Part shown: in pieces, positions 51,023 through 62,998 of the stretch
How positions within the stretch are numbered: the first letter of the stretch is position 1
How the letters are laid out: the number at the start of each line of letters is the position of its first letter
IMG/VR virus record: IMGVR_UViG_2778261631_000002
DNA length: 64,000 nt
Reading direction: 5' to 3' (one strand)
Source of the DNA: a virus
Lineage: Duplodnaviria > Heunggongvirae > Uroviricota > Caudoviricetes
Notes under the pieces: generated by a model
What the model was told of the DNA's origin: nothing
The model's input: only the letters and a program-made list of their open reading frames with translations
The model's database searches: none
Translations under genes and position numbers: made by a program

Positions 51023-51634
51023 ATGGGGCTTAATGTTGCTTCAGTAAAGTCTTATGTATCTTCAGCATTAACGACGACATTATTTGGCTCCGGCGTTGGT
51101 GAACGGGAAGTTGGTAAGCTGACGTCAATCATCATGAACAAAATGCTGTTCGCGCAAGGATGGCAGTTCTCTGTCGAAGTTGATGGACTGGAGGGGGCAG
51201 ACTTCTTTGCCAAAGATATTACCTACCACGATTACAGCATCGAATATGAAACGATTAAAATCGGCGGAGGGAATATCCTTCAGCCAACGGAGCGTTCGCC
51301 TGGGCAGATAACCATGATGGTCAGGGATACCGTTGATGGCCTCGTTTTGGACTGGTTTAAGACGGCAAAAAGTCGGGTGATCAATCCGGACGGTACCGGG
51401 AATATACCGTCTAAATATTTGCTCAATGTGCGTATTTATCGGTTGCTGTCCTCCGGTTTAACCAAACTGGAAAATGAGATGACGGTATTCCCGGTCACTA
51501 CCGGCGATGTCACCTATGCGCGGGATCAGGTTACGGAATTTAAGTCATTCCCAATGACCTTCGCATTGCACAGCACGTTTAACCAATCCTCAAGTTCTTT
51601 GGCTTCCCTTCTGGGCTTTAGTTTTTCTCTTTGA
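51023..51634 (+). CDS. Putative tail tube protein
   Basis: 203-aa ORF upstream of the tape-measure-like sit gene. Confidence 0.45.
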   Translation: MGLNVASVKSYVSSALTTTLFGSGVGEREVGKLTSIIMNKMLFAQGWQFSVEVDGLEGADFFAKDITYHDYSIEYETIKIGGGNILQPTERSPGQITMMVRDTVDGLVLDWFKTAKSRVINPDGTGNIPSKYLLNVRIYRLLSSGLTKLENEMTVFPVTTGDVTYARDQVTEFKSFPMTFALHSTFNQSSSSLASLLGFSFSL

Positions 51635-51648
51635 ATTAAGGAGCAAGG

Positions 51649-52530
51649 ATGCTTTTACCCCTTTTCCCGCTACCATCGCGGCCAACTGAATTGATCCAGT
51701 TCCGTCAGCCAAATATTGCTGATGCGATGCGTTTCAACTCGATAACACCGGAGGAACAAGAACAACAGACAACGGCATATTTAAAAGCCTTGCTGGTTGA
51801 ACCCGCGAAACATGATCCCCTGACATGGACGGCGCAGGACCGGATTACCGCGTTATGGTGGATATTTACCGGCTCCCGTGAAACACCGGTCGAGACATTC
51901 ACCTACACCTGTAAACATTGCGGTAAAGAGCATTATTACGATTGCGATATGAATGCTCTGGCTGAAGATATCCAGGTCCTGGAAGTGGAACCGTTCATTG
52001 ACGATATTGAGGTGTCTGTAGAGGGAGTGCCTTATCAATGGCGTATCGTGCCGCTTGATGGTTGGGCAATGGAAATGCTGGAGATGCGCCGTGCAGCATT
52101 GCCACCTGAAGACGACGCGGAATTCAAAGAAGCGATCGTTGATTTGCGTTTTTGGGAATTCGCTTATCAGTGTGAGCTTTATAACGATGTTAGCGGTACT
52201 CGTGAAGATCAGGCTGAGCGTCGTTATGAAACGATTAAACGGATGGCCATTGATACTGAATTTATGAAGCTGGCGGCACACATCCGACTGGCTCATGAAA
52301 AGCTCGAACATGGTTTACCGTGCTACATCGATAAAGGTGAAATGCGTCTTCGTCTCCCGCCGCATAAATGCCCAAATCAGGATAAAAAGGAGTCCACAGA
52401 GGGTGCGTATACCCGTCTGTGGGTGCCCTTTCGGGCTACCGACTTCATTCCACAGGTGGGGATTGAAAAGCTATCAGACCTTAGTGTCCAACCTGGTTTT
52501 GTATGGGGGTATACCGATTCAGGACGCTGA
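51649..52530 (+). CDS. Hypothetical tail-assembly protein
   Basis: 293-aa acidic ORF between tube and tape-measure genes. Confidence 0.5.
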   Translation: MLLPLFPLPSRPTELIQFRQPNIADAMRFNSITPEEQEQQTTAYLKALLVEPAKHDPLTWTAQDRITALWWIFTGSRETPVETFTYTCKHCGKEHYYDCDMNALAEDIQVLEVEPFIDDIEVSVEGVPYQWRIVPLDGWAMEMLEMRRAALPPEDDAEFKEAIVDLRFWEFAYQCELYNDVSGTREDQAERRYETIKRMAIDTEFMKLAAHIRLAHEKLEHGLPCYIDKGEMRLRLPPHKCPNQDKKESTEGAYTRLWVPFRATDFIPQVGIEKLSDLSVQPGFVWGYTDSGR

Positions 52531-52611
52531 AAGGCTTACTGAATCCTATGCGTTTTTCCTGTTGGAGAAACTGGAAGAAAAACTTAAACCGAAACGGTAG
52601 GCGATAAGATC

Positions 52612-55600
52612 ATGGAAAGAAAAAACGCCAACATTGACGATGTTATAAGGACAGTTGAAACCGCCAGCGCAAAAGAGCTGGAAGAGCTTGCAGGTATCCG
52701 GGAAGCTGTTGAAGATTTGAAAGGGGGACGCGTTGCAACTGTTGATCCTGTCTCTCGCAGTGTGTCGGCATTAAATCGCACAATCGAAAATTCACGTCCT
52801 GACTTTGTGACCAATGCGCCATCAGTGGACCCTATTGTTGACGCAATGAAACGGCTTAATTTAGGGGACGTTTCTCGTGTAGTTCAGGAGGGCATTGCTC
52901 AACAGGAACAGCAGGACAAATCAACTACACCAAAGGGTAAAAAACGACGCAGGAAGGCTATACCAGAGGATATAAAGGCACAACGGACCGAAGCAGCCGA
53001 ACACGCTCGCGAAATGTTCGATCAAAAAGGCGGTGCGCAAAAAAGCCAAAACCAACGCGATGCGCGTGGTCGTTTTATTGGAAAGTCAGGGAGTAAGGCC
53101 GCAGCGGAAGATGCCCGTGCTGAACGTGCTGAAAAGGCCAGGCGCAAAGAGGATGATGAGCGTCTAAATGTTGAATCAGGTTTATTAAAAAAACTGTCAA
53201 AAGTAGCTGAAGGCATAGGTAACTCTTCAGAGACTCGTGCCGTCGATGCGTTAGGTTATGCCGTTGCTGGTCCATTGTGGGCAGCAGGGAAGGAGCTTGG
53301 CGGGATATCAAAAGAAGTTGGTGGATCGCTTAATGGTGCCAGAAAGTCTATTGCCGATGTGATTCGTGGCAATGACGATAACAGCCGTAGAAAAGGTTTT
53401 TTTAGGCGTAAATCGCAAAATAGTGCCGATGTCGTTCAGGTTAACACCCAAAAACGGACGGTTCAGGAACTTCAGGAGCAGACCAGCGAAATTAAAGAGG
53501 GCAATGACAAGATTCTCAGCGCCCTTGATCAGATAGCCAAAAACACCGGGAAAAAGAAGGGCGGCTTGCTGTCCAAACTATTTAGCCTGTTAGGGAAGGG
53601 GGCCGGTGGCGTCGCGTCGTTGTTAATGGGGCATGGCATGCTGAAAAAAGCTGGAGCACTCGCTTTTGGCGCTCTGGGGGCAAAGAAACTTGTAGGAATG
53701 CTACGCGGTGGTGGCAAGAAGACTCTCGCCCATGAAGGTGGAGATTTGGCTGCCCGGGCAGCAGGTAAACTTGGATTAAAGGCAGTTGGTAAAGGGGCGT
53801 TACGCGCAATTCCCCTAGTCGGCACAGTGGCTGGAGGTATTTATGATGCGGTAACCGGTTGGAATGATACAGAAGCGCAACGTCGAGCGTTTGGGCTTAA
53901 ATCAGGACAAGATCCATCATTCCAGCAAAAAGCCGCTTATACGTTAGCCAATGTTCTTGATATGGGGGGACTGGTATCTGGTATTAGCAGCGCCATTGGT
54001 GAGGTTCTCAAATCACTTGGATTTGAGGATATCGGCAATATGTTGCAATCATTTTCGACGGAAAGTATTGCCCAGGCCATTGATAGTGGGATTACCAACT
54101 TAGAAACATATATTTCTAACCTTGGCGACACCATTTCTACCAAGTTCGAAGATTACACAGCAAAGATTGGTGATGCTGTTTCAGCATGGTTTAGCGATAC
54201 ATCTAATAAGCTGCTTGAAAAGCTGGATGCCATCAAAGACTTCTTTACTGTTGATAACCTGAAACAGGTTTTCAGTGATGCAATTGATAGTGCAATTGAT
54301 TTCATTAAGAACCCAGGGAAACACATTAAAGAGGCGGCTGGTAATATTTGGGATGGGGTTAAAAATTTACCTGGTAAAGCATTAGATGCAGCGGTTGATG
54401 CCGTTAAAAATACCCCTGCGGCAATGATTGTATCAAAAATACCCAATCCGATCGGCGAGGCTAATGCGAAAGAAATCACTCCAGAGTTAAAAGCTCCGGT
54501 TAATAGCCACCAGGAGACATCTGATTCTAAAACTGAATCCGATGCCAAACAGACTAATATTGTTACCCGCGTGATAAATGCGGCACTGGACACGGCGAAA
54601 GATAGCAATAAAACAGTTAAAGAAACTGCTAATCAGATTATCAATGCAAATGCCGTAGAAACGGGCAATAGCGCGTTGCAGAAAATTGATAATGCTATTG
54701 GACAAAATAGCTCGTCATCATCGTCGCTTAATACCACTGGCACCAGGAATGACATTCAGAAAGCAGCGGATACCTACAACAATGGCAACTTGGATGTAAA
54801 AGTCGGAAATCTTGGTGCTGAAGGTAAGGCAAATCTAGATAAGTTGGCACCGTATTTTGCTGAACTAGAGAATAAATATGGCCTTCCAGAAGGCACTCTT
54901 TACTCGATTGCTGCAACTGAATCAGGAGGGGATCCTAACGCAAAGTCTCCGCTTACAAGATCACCAGATGGAAAGTTAAGTGGTGGCGCACTCGGGATGT
55001 TCCAGTTCACGAGTATTGCTCGTAAAGAGACTGGGATATCGGAACCGGATGCATTTGATCCTGTGAAATCGGCAGAAGCTGCGGCTCTTCTCATGAGCAA
55101 GTATCTGAAGCAAGCCAATGGAGATTTAAACGAGGCCATAACTGCATATAACGCTGGGTTTGGCACTATTAATAAGTGGAAAAAAGGCACCGGTGACTTA
55201 TCGAAAGAAAACCGTGAGTACGCGATCAAGGTCAATACTCATCGTGCTCGCTATTTAGGTGGTGACATCTATACACCTGGAGCAGGAGCACAGGGTGGGG
55301 CGCAATATGGAGTGAGGGGACCACTGCCTGATAACGCTGTTATCGATCAGTCTACTGGCCTGGCGTTTACCCCTGGTGATAGCCCGTTTGAGAAAGGCGG
55401 TCTGGTAGACAAAATAGGTAATGCTGTTGGCGTTAACGATCTGGTCAACAAATTCATGAATGGCCGGGGTATGCGTCGGGAAGTCGTTCAGGGAACGCTC
55501 GAAGAACGTGCACGAGGGAAGGGGACCGCAACAGCAGCTGGCAATGTGTATGTTGATACTCCGATGCCAGTTGAAGAGGCGCGTCCGGTGGCCAGCAACT

Positions 55601-56034
55601 CAAGTTACTTTGACCAACTCGGCGCACAAATGGGGATTGATGGACTATTCGATAAACTCCGCAATTCGCCGGGGATGCGGAAAAATAATGCGCCTGAACC
55701 AGCCTCCACGTCCCAAGTGACGACTGCCACCAACGATTTGCAGCAACCAACCGGTCGTATGCAGATAGACGGGCAGGTTATTAGTGACCTTGGCGGTTCT
55801 GGTGCCAAGCCGACAATGCAGTTGGCTGATAATACCGTTTCACTTGATGGTGAAACGAAGCGGCTGTTTGCGCAGATGACCTCATTGCTTGCCAGGATTG
55901 AAGAGCACACCAAAGACTCGGCGAAAGGCCAGGGAACTGTCGTAAAGGTCAGCACGCCTCAGCCGGGCGTTATGCGCACGGTACCACTGTCAATTGATGA
56001 TCCGTTGATGAATGACTACGCGAGAGTTGATTGA
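52612..56034 (+). CDS. sit: Tape-measure-like structural protein Sit with C-terminal lytic transglycosylase (SLT) domain
   Basis: 1140-aa ORF (same length as P1 Sit); Gly/Ala-rich middle; SLT motifs ATESGG ... GMFQF ... AYNAG at about 54890..55210. Confidence 0.8.
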   Translation: MERKNANIDDVIRTVETASAKELEELAGIREAVEDLKGGRVATVDPVSRSVSALNRTIENSRPDFVTNAPSVDPIVDAMKRLNLGDVSRVVQEGIAQQEQQDKSTTPKGKKRRRKAIPEDIKAQRTEAAEHAREMFDQKGGAQKSQNQRDARGRFIGKSGSKAAAEDARAERAEKARRKEDDERLNVESGLLKKLSKVAEGIGNSSETRAVDALGYAVAGPLWAAGKELGGISKEVGGSLNGARKSIADVIRGNDDNSRRKGFFRRKSQNSADVVQVNTQKRTVQELQEQTSEIKEGNDKILSALDQIAKNTGKKKGGLLSKLFSLLGKGAGGVASLLMGHGMLKKAGALAFGALGAKKLVGMLRGGGKKTLAHEGGDLAARAAGKLGLKAVGKGALRAIPLVGTVAGGIYDAVTGWNDTEAQRRAFGLKSGQDPSFQQKAAYTLANVLDMGGLVSGISSAIGEVLKSLGFEDIGNMLQSFSTESIAQAIDSGITNLETYISNLGDTISTKFEDYTAKIGDAVSAWFSDTSNKLLEKLDAIKDFFTVDNLKQVFSDAIDSAIDFIKNPGKHIKEAAGNIWDGVKNLPGKALDAAVDAVKNTPAAMIVSKIPNPIGEANAKEITPELKAPVNSHQETSDSKTESDAKQTNIVTRVINAALDTAKDSNKTVKETANQIINANAVETGNSALQKIDNAIGQNSSSSSSLNTTGTRNDIQKAADTYNNGNLDVKVGNLGAEGKANLDKLAPYFAELENKYGLPEGTLYSIAATESGGDPNAKSPLTRSPDGKLSGGALGMFQFTSIARKETGISEPDAFDPVKSAEAAALLMSKYLKQANGDLNEAITAYNAGFGTINKWKKGTGDLSKENREYAIKVNTHRARYLGGDIYTPGAGAQGGAQYGVRGPLPDNAVIDQSTGLAFTPGDSPFEKGGLVDKIGNAVGVNDLVNKFMNGRGMRREVVQGTLEERARGKGTATAAGNVYVDTPMPVEEARPVASNSSYFDQLGAQMGIDGLFDKLRNSPGMRKNNAPEPASTSQVTTATNDLQQPTGRMQIDGQVISDLGGSGAKPTMQLADNTVSLDGETKRLFAQMTSLLARIEEHTKDSAKGQGTVVKVSTPQPGVMRTVPLSIDDPLMNDYARVD

Positions 56035-56390
56035 TGGCCAACAATAACGAAATTGATCCTTTGCTGACGCTGGAGTTATCCGGCGTAAAAACGTATGAGT
56101 CCCAGGAGGAGGCCTGGGGCGCTCGTTTATATGAGTGGCTAAACACTTATCAGGGTGAGGTATACGGGGATCCGTCATGGGGCAATGTTTTACCGCAGTT
56201 TAAACACGAACCGACCAACTTGTCGCATGTTCAAATTGCGGTTGAGGCAATGCTGTTGCAAAAACTGACGGTAGATTTACCTGACATACCTATTTCTGGC
56301 TTGTCAGTTGCCGAGGGAGATGCTTTTGATAAGTTGAAAATATCCATTCGTATCAGGGATATAACTATCACACAGGACGTGGTGCTATGA
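56031..56390 (+). CDS. Baseplate wedge protein (gpW/gp25-like)
   Basis: 119-aa ORF overlapping the sit stop. Confidence 0.5.
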   Translation: MMANNNEIDPLLTLELSGVKTYESQEEAWGARLYEWLNTYQGEVYGDPSWGNVLPQFKHEPTNLSHVQIAVEAMLLQKLTVDLPDIPISGLSVAEGDAFDKLKISIRIRDITITQDVVL

Positions 56391-57820
56391 GTAAAACAAC
56401 ACCGACTAAAGACAGTATTCGTGCAGAGTTTGAAGAGCTTGTCGAGAAAGATTCATTCTGGTCGAAGTTTGTCGGCTCTCAATTTGTCTCGATGCTGACA
56501 TTGTTTATTACCCAGATTGTCTACAGGTGCTTTCAGTATGCCGATGCGGCGCTGGCTGAAGGCTTTATATCGACCGCGACGCGGCGTTCCTCTATCCTGG
56601 CAGCGGCAGAAACGAATAGTTACGTTGGTACCAAGCCAACACCGTCATCGGGGATGATTGAGATCACTGCCACAAGTGAAGATGCCCCAGCGGTAATCCC
56701 CAAAAACATGCCTTTAATATCTGACGACCAGTACCCTTACATGACTATGGATGTATGCAGGTTGGTTGACGGCACCGGTACGGTAGAAGTGGCACAGTTG
56801 GAAATCCAGGAGGTGACATATACCGTTACGGCAGCCAAAGAATTTCTGGAAGTCGTGTTATCAAAGGCTCTCACTGCTGTCTGCTATAAGCTGGAAGTAT
56901 TCGTGACGACCGATGGTAAGACCACGCAGTGGTCTTCCAGCACTATGTTCCGGTTAGCCGGTAGTAAAAGCCAGGTCTACGTTGAGTTTTATAAACCATC
57001 CGAGCAGTTGGGGGTTCGATTCGGCGATGGGCTAATTGGGCAAATACCGCCAGAAGGCTCGACAATTACGCTTAAGGTATGGTGCACCAGCGGCGATATA
57101 ACCCTGGTTGCTGGCCAAAACCTGACGCCTGTCGATTCTGCGACTAATTTAGCTAATTTGATTTCAGTTAAGACAACTACACCTATAACCGCAGGTACTG
57201 ATGCTGAAACAACGGAGATCACACGTAACCGTGCACAATATTACCTTGCCTATGATGATCAGGTCGTATGGGGCGGGGACTATACGTATTTTCTGGTTCG
57301 TAACATCCCGGGGCTGTCCTGGGTAAAGGCATGGGGCGAAGGCCAGCAAGAGAAATTAGATGGTGCTTATAATGTTCAGAATATCAATAAGATATTTATT
57401 TCAGGATGGCATCCCAATAAAAGCCAGTCAGAGCTTGAAGAAATGATCCTAGCTGCCTTTAAGAAGGTACCGAATGAACTGAACAAGAAATTCTCGTATA
57501 AAGAGGTCAGAAAACTACCATTTAAGATAACTATCACCGGACGGATATCGGCAAGCCTGACCATTGAGAATGTAACCGATGAGCTGAAGTCGGCACTGGA
57601 AACAAAATTTGGGCGCGACTCAACTTTCTTTGATCCGAACCGCGTCGGCAAGTACATCCTAATCAAGAAAAAAGACGTTTGGGCTTTTATCGAAACGCTG
57701 GGTTATTTCCGCGACTTTTATCTGGAATTTGTCGAGTGGAATGAGTCCAACGGCTTTTACGATTTCGTTTATCTGGATACAGAAAACTCCACCTTTAATA
57801 TTTCGTATGAGGAGGAGTGA
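56387..57820 (+). CDS. Baseplate protein (gpJ-like)
   Basis: 477-aa ORF between the gpW-like gene and the tail-fibre genes. Confidence 0.55.
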   Translation: MSKTTPTKDSIRAEFEELVEKDSFWSKFVGSQFVSMLTLFITQIVYRCFQYADAALAEGFISTATRRSSILAAAETNSYVGTKPTPSSGMIEITATSEDAPAVIPKNMPLISDDQYPYMTMDVCRLVDGTGTVEVAQLEIQEVTYTVTAAKEFLEVVLSKALTAVCYKLEVFVTTDGKTTQWSSSTMFRLAGSKSQVYVEFYKPSEQLGVRFGDGLIGQIPPEGSTITLKVWCTSGDITLVAGQNLTPVDSATNLANLISVKTTTPITAGTDAETTEITRNRAQYYLAYDDQVVWGGDYTYFLVRNIPGLSWVKAWGEGQQEKLDGAYNVQNINKIFISGWHPNKSQSELEEMILAAFKKVPNELNKKFSYKEVRKLPFKITITGRISASLTIENVTDELKSALETKFGRDSTFFDPNRVGKYILIKKKDVWAFIETLGYFRDFYLEFVEWNESNGFYDFVYLDTENSTFNISYEEE

Positions 57821-58656
57821 TGCAGCGTTCCTGGTTTAATAACCGGCTTACATCAGCTAAGCAAAAGTCATTGCTCTATAAATCATTGGCTGATTTGGTT
57901 CAGTCAATGATGGATACCTTTGTTGACCCATGGTTGGAGCGAATTACCAACCGGAAGTCTATTTTTTCCATGAGCAAGGAGGATCTGGAGACCAGGACAA
58001 ATGAACTTGGCCAGTTCTTTACTATCAGAACGTCGAACTCATCTTCCGTTCCGATGTTGTTACAACAGCGTCTTGATGAGATTCACTTTAAGGGGACTGA
58101 ACGCCCTATAAACCAGACAATTTACCGCGAATTTAACGGTATTTCTGTTTTATGGGATCCGATATATGCACCGGTGGACCTTGAGCGTCATCCCTATGGC
58201 ACGGTTCTAATACCTGAAAGCACACTGGAGACTACCGGCGGCACATTCGGCGAGATGTTTCTGACTTCCAGAGGGATGATCAGTATTCCCATAAACGACC
58301 TGGCCCGGACAATGGGGATTACTGGCACGATAGATCAGTCCGCAATTACAGAAGAAATTCTCAGAAAGTTTAATCAGTTCGTAAAGCCTCTACTGCCACT
58401 GCATATAGTGTTTGATGGGCTTACGCTCTATTTGTCGGTTGTTGTAAATGAACACGCCGACATGATCACTTTGAACGAGATTTCTGATACCGAAAAAGCG
58501 TACTGCTGGTTTGAAACTTCGGATACAACTTCGCTTACTGGAGTTACGTCGATTAGCGCTCCGATCACTGCAACGCCGGGCGGCACTATTGTGAAAGCAA
58601 CGCCTACGTTTGATCGCACCCGCGCAGATGATTTGCTGCTGGATAGTGATGCCTGA
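57817..58656 (+). CDS. Baseplate or tail-fibre attachment protein (gpI-like)
   Basis: 279-aa ORF overlapping the preceding stop. Confidence 0.5.
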   Translation: MMQRSWFNNRLTSAKQKSLLYKSLADLVQSMMDTFVDPWLERITNRKSIFSMSKEDLETRTNELGQFFTIRTSNSSSVPMLLQQRLDEIHFKGTERPINQTIYREFNGISVLWDPIYAPVDLERHPYGTVLIPESTLETTGGTFGEMFLTSRGMISIPINDLARTMGITGTIDQSAITEEILRKFNQFVKPLLPLHIVFDGLTLYLSVVVNEHADMITLNEISDTEKAYCWFETSDTTSLTGVTSISAPITATPGGTIVKATPTFDRTRADDLLLDSDA

Positions 58657-58734
58657 TAATCACCCCGTCCGCAGGGCGGGGTGACAAGTTACTTATCTTA
58701 CAATGAGGCTTCACAACATTGATTAGGGAAAATC

Positions 58735-59169
58735 ATGTCTGACGTCTCAACAAACCTCTATAAGAGTCAGTTGTTGGACTATTACTATCAGCGGCGCGCT
58801 GAATCGTCCATTAACAAAGGCTCTCGATTTTTAATCAGCAAGGCCGTTTTCGGTACCAGTTCGCTGGTTACTAAGAAAGGAGATGGCACTTATGAGATTG
58901 GAGAACTGCCAAAGGCTTTCGAACTGGCAGAACTGACCAGTCAATTTTGCACCATCAACCTCGTCCCAACCTACTCAGGCGGGATAATTACTGTCCGAAT
59001 GGACCTTGATCAAAGCCAGTTGCAGGAAGGGAAAAACTACCCATTCAACACTCTGGTTGTTCTGGATAACGAGAACAAGCCAATCGCCATTATTTGTGTC
59101 CAGGAAGACTCGCTGTATGTGGGCAAAACATATACCGCAGTTATGGCCATAAACACGACTACAGCATAA
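58735..59169 (+). CDS. Tail-fibre-associated structural protein (P1 R-like)
   Basis: 144-aa ORF immediately upstream of the tail-fibre gene. Confidence 0.5.
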   Translation: MSDVSTNLYKSQLLDYYYQRRAESSINKGSRFLISKAVFGTSSLVTKKGDGTYEIGELPKAFELAELTSQFCTINLVPTYSGGIITVRMDLDQSQLQEGKNYPFNTLVVLDNENKPIAIICVQEDSLYVGKTYTAVMAINTTTA

Positions 59170-59180
59170 GGATATGCTTG

Positions 59181-62100
59181 ATGAATGACGTTACAGTTGT
59201 TACATCGGTTACTTACCCATCATCCGAGTCGTTGGCTCTGGTGGCCGATGTGCAATACCACGAACCATATCTGTCAGCCGCGCTAAACCGAAAATTCAGG
59301 GGGATTGTTGACCCGGGATTTTATGCCGGTTTCTTACCTAAGCCAGGCGGTGGGATGAACCTGTTAATTACCTCAGTGGATGGTGATAAAACCGCAGGCG
59401 CGGCGTCGGTGGATATTGGTGAATTTTACCAGGTAACTATTCAGCAACGTAAGGATATTTCTCTTGCACTTAGTGCAGGCAAGAAATATGCAATTGTGCT
59501 GAAGGGAAGATACCTCCTTGGAGAAGATACCTACCAGGTGAATACCGCGTCACATATTCATGCGGCTGAATTTGTTGCCAGAACCTATACCGATTCATAT
59601 CAGTTAGGAGATGGGGAGCTGCTTGTTTGTACGGTGAATATCCCTGCTAGTGTATCTGCCATTACCCAGGAGATGATTGATACATCCGAGCGTATCAACC
59701 GCTCGATCGGCATTGATATTTCAGACTCTGTAACCAGTACCAGAAGTGATGTTGCTGCAAGTTCGCTGGCAGTTAAAAAAGCCTACGATCTGGCGAAAAG
59801 CAAGTATACGGCACAGGATGCAAGCACAACGCAAAAGGGATTAGTTCAGCTCAGTAGCGCAACTAACAGCGACAGCGAAACAATGGCGGCTACCCCTAAA
59901 GCTGTTAAGTCTATAAAAGATCTGGCTGATACCAAAGCGCCAATAGAAAGCCCGAGTCTGACAGGAACGCCAACCGCGCCGACGGCAGCGCAAGGTACAA
60001 ATAGCACGCAGATCGCAAATACAGCCTTTGTTAAGGCAGCTATAACGGCACTTATCAACGGTGCACCTGGCACACTGGATACGCTTAAAGAAATAGCTGC
60101 TGCGATCAATAACGACCCGAATTTCAGCACAACTATCAACAATGCTCTGGCTCTTAAAGCTCCTTTAGCAAGTCCTGCATTAACGGGAATACCTACTGCG
60201 CCTACCGCTGCACAGGGTACGAATAACACGCAGATTGCTACGACCGCTTATGTAAGAGCTGCCATATCCGCATTGGTTGGTTCATCACCAGAAGCTCTTG
60301 ATACCCTGAATGAGCTTGCCGCAGCACTTGGCAATGACCCGAACTTTGCGACAACAATGACAAATGCGCTGGCAGGCAAACAGCCTCTGGATGCAACTTT
60401 AACCGCTCTCGCTGCCCTTGCGACTGGTGCAAACAAACTGCCTTATTTCACTGGTAAGGATACGGTAGCTCAGACTGATTTAACGTCAGTCGGTCGCGAT
60501 ATTCTGGCTAAAACAAGCACACTGGCCGTTATCCAATACCTTGGTTTAAGAGAACTCGGTACCAGCGGTGAAAAGATCCCCCTGTTGAGCACGGCTAACA
60601 CATGGAGTGCGCGCCAGACTTTCAACGGCGGGATCACCGGGGCGCTGACAGGGAACGCCGACACCGCGACGAAATTAAAAACAGCCATAAACATTAATGG
60701 CGTCAGGTTCGATGGTTCGGCTGACATTACGTTGACTCCTAAAGATCTGGACGTTTACAGCAAAAGCGAAATAGACAATAAAAAAGGGATGCGAAAATAC
60801 ACTTTTTCAGCGCCTGCAAATGCAGTAAGCGGTAAGTGGTATCCTATAGTCTTTCGCCGATCTGGAGGCAGTACCGATGAATTAGCCTCACGAGTTGTGA
60901 TAACTACTTATTCCTCAGCTGGCGGATACGCCATGAATAATTGTGAATTTAATGGGTTTGTTATGCCTGGCGGTTGGTCTGATCGCGGTTCATATGCGGC
61001 TGGTTTTTTCTCAATATATTCTACTGCTGAGCGAGCTATACACTCGATTATTTCAAGTGTGAAAGATGACGATTTGTGTAGTGTATTTTACGTTGAAGCC
61101 AGAGCATTTCCTATCAAGATATTTGCTGAGGAGGGCTTGAACGTAATTGTTCCAACTACTGACTATACCGTTGGTCAAGCCACCTATAAGTGGGGGGCCA
61201 CAGATCCAGTAGCAGAAAGTACAAATACTCAAACCATTCTGGATTTTAAAAATGGACGTGGTTATTACTGCTCACATCAGTTTGTTTCAAGCCTTTCAGG
61301 AAATGCAGCAACAGCAACGAAATTAGCAAGTTCAATAAACATAGGTGGTGTATCCTTTGATGGTTCAGCCGATATAGATTTGCCTGGTGTGAATACAAAA
61401 GGTAATCAAGACACTACCGGTAATGCAGCGACAGCGACCAAGTTGCAGACAGCATGTACTATCAACGGCGTCTCGTTTGATGGTTCTAAAGATATTGAAC
61501 TTAACCCACGGTCTATAGGCACGATCAACTCCACAACAATGTCTTTTAGTGGTGGTGCTGGATGGTTCAAGCTGGCAACTGTAACCATGCCACAGGCCAG
61601 TTCCGTGGTTTACATAAGCCTGATTGGTGGTGCAGGGTATAACGTTGGCTCCCCGCATCAAGCAGGCATCTCTGAGCTGGTTCTGCGTGCCGGAAATGGA
61701 AATCCAAAGGGTATTACTGGTGCATTATGGCGACGGACCTCGATTGGATTTACTAATTTTGCATGGGAGAATACATCTGGTGATACCTATGATGTTTATG
61801 TTGAAATAGGTAATTACGCCACAGGTGTTAATATTCAGTGGGATTATACCAGTAACGCCAGCGTAACGATTCATACATCACCAATTTATACAGAGAATAA
61901 ACCAACAGGCCTGACAGATGGAACTGTATATGTAATTTACAGTTCGCACATTAAACCGACTGCTGCTGATGTTGGGGCGTTGTCATTATCTGGTGGTCAA
62001 TTGAATGGTGCACTGGGTATCGGAACATCCAGTGCTCTTGGCGGTAACTCGATTGTTTTGGGTGATAATGACACGGGCTTTAAACAAAATGGCGACGGTA

Positions 62101-62438
62101 ATCTGGACGTTTATGCTAATAACGTCCATGTTATGCGCTTTGTCTCCGGCAGCATTCAAAGTAATAAAACCATAAATATTACAGGGCGTGTTAACCCCTC
62201 GGATTACGGTAACTTTGATTCTCGTTATGTAAGAGACATGCGACTTGGTGGAGCATCTACATATAAACCAGCAAATAACACCTCGACATGGACGCATCAG
62301 GCACCATCAGGCTGCGTTTATACTGGCATTATAGTCCAGGATACCGGCTCGAATTCTGCCGATAATATTGGAGGTGTATATTACAGGCCGGTTCAGAAAC
62401 AGATTAATGGAACATGGTATAACGTGGCACAGGTTTAA
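59181..62438 (+). CDS. S: Tail fibre protein S (constant part plus currently joined variable part)
   Basis: About 1085 aa from the Met with AAGGA SD; collagen-like repeats; cix site at codon about 450; C-terminus ends INGTWYNV like the alternative Sv' segment. Confidence 0.8.
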   Translation: MNDVTVVTSVTYPSSESLALVADVQYHEPYLSAALNRKFRGIVDPGFYAGFLPKPGGGMNLLITSVDGDKTAGAASVDIGEFYQVTIQQRKDISLALSAGKKYAIVLKGRYLLGEDTYQVNTASHIHAAEFVARTYTDSYQLGDGELLVCTVNIPASVSAITQEMIDTSERINRSIGIDISDSVTSTRSDVAASSLAVKKAYDLAKSKYTAQDASTTQKGLVQLSSATNSDSETMAATPKAVKSIKDLADTKAPIESPSLTGTPTAPTAAQGTNSTQIANTAFVKAAITALINGAPGTLDTLKEIAAAINNDPNFSTTINNALALKAPLASPALTGIPTAPTAAQGTNNTQIATTAYVRAAISALVGSSPEALDTLNELAAALGNDPNFATTMTNALAGKQPLDATLTALAALATGANKLPYFTGKDTVAQTDLTSVGRDILAKTSTLAVIQYLGLRELGTSGEKIPLLSTANTWSARQTFNGGITGALTGNADTATKLKTAININGVRFDGSADITLTPKDLDVYSKSEIDNKKGMRKYTFSAPANAVSGKWYPIVFRRSGGSTDELASRVVITTYSSAGGYAMNNCEFNGFVMPGGWSDRGSYAAGFFSIYSTAERAIHSIISSVKDDDLCSVFYVEARAFPIKIFAEEGLNVIVPTTDYTVGQATYKWGATDPVAESTNTQTILDFKNGRGYYCSHQFVSSLSGNAATATKLASSINIGGVSFDGSADIDLPGVNTKGNQDTTGNAATATKLQTACTINGVSFDGSKDIELNPRSIGTINSTTMSFSGGAGWFKLATVTMPQASSVVYISLIGGAGYNVGSPHQAGISELVLRAGNGNPKGITGALWRRTSIGFTNFAWENTSGDTYDVYVEIGNYATGVNIQWDYTSNASVTIHTSPIYTENKPTGLTDGTVYVIYSSHIKPTAADVGALSLSGGQLNGALGIGTSSALGGNSIVLGDNDTGFKQNGDGNLDVYANNVHVMRFVSGSIQSNKTINITGRVNPSDYGNFDSRYVRDMRLGGASTYKPANNTSTWTHQAPSGCVYTGIIVQDTGSNSADNIGGVYYRPVQKQINGTWYNVAQV
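60529..60554. promoter_or_regulatory. cix crossover site of the Cin/Gin/Hin invertase family
   Basis: TTATCCAATACCTTGGTTTAAGAGAA; its reverse complement closely matches hix/gix consensus. Confidence 0.7.
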
Positions 62439-62442
62439 ATTT

Positions 62443-62970
62443 ATGCAGCATTTGATCAATATAACAGCGGGTAATCCAAAAACAGTTGAGCAATACCAGC
62501 TGACGAAACATTTTGATGTCATCTGGTTTTTTACAGAAGACGGTAAAAACTGGTATGAGGAACAAAAGAACTTCCAGGATGGCACGATAAAATTAGCGTA
62601 TGACAAAGATAACATCATCCGCTATGTGGAAAAGGATGTAACAGCTATCAGACCGGATGGATTAAGTGTTGTTGAAGTGCCGGATATTACTGCTAACCGA
62701 CGTGCCGACATTTCTGGTAACTGGATGTTTAAGGATGGCGCAGTTATTAAACGTATTTATACGGCAGAGGAATTACAGCAGCAGGTAGAAAATCAGAAAG
62801 CCAGACTTCTTGCTGATGCTGAATCAGTCATTCAACTACTAGAGCGTGCAGTAAGGCTGAATATGGCAACGGATGAGGACCACAGCCGACTGGAAGCATG
62901 GGAACGCTACAGCGTTCTTGTAAGCCGCGTGGATACGGCAAAGCCAGAATGGCCACAAAAACCTGAGTAA
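62443..62970 (+). CDS. U: Tail fibre assembly protein U
   Basis: 175 aa from [10 protein letters not shown]; paralogous to the convergent U'. Confidence 0.75.
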   Translation: MQHLINITAGNPKTVEQYQLTKHFDVIWFFTEDGKNWYEEQKNFQDGTIKLAYDKDNIIRYVEKDVTAIRPDGLSVVEVPDITANRRADISGNWMFKDGAVIKRIYTAEELQQQVENQKARLLADAESVIQLLERAVRLNMATDEDHSRLEAWERYSVLVSRVDTAKPEWPQKPE

Positions 62971-62974
62971 AAAT

Positions 62975-62998
62975 AAGGCCCGATAACGGGCCTTTTCT
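62975..62998. terminator. Bidirectional intrinsic terminator between U and U'
   Basis: AAGGCCCG-ataa-CGGGCCTT followed by TTTTCTC. Confidence 0.7.

Noticed and set aside
59846-60436. Minus-strand ORFs (127 aa, 64 aa, 62 aa) antisense to the tail-fibre gene S
   Set aside because: They are Ala/Gly/Leu-rich mirror frames of the collagen-like repeats in S and have no start context; typical antisense artefacts.
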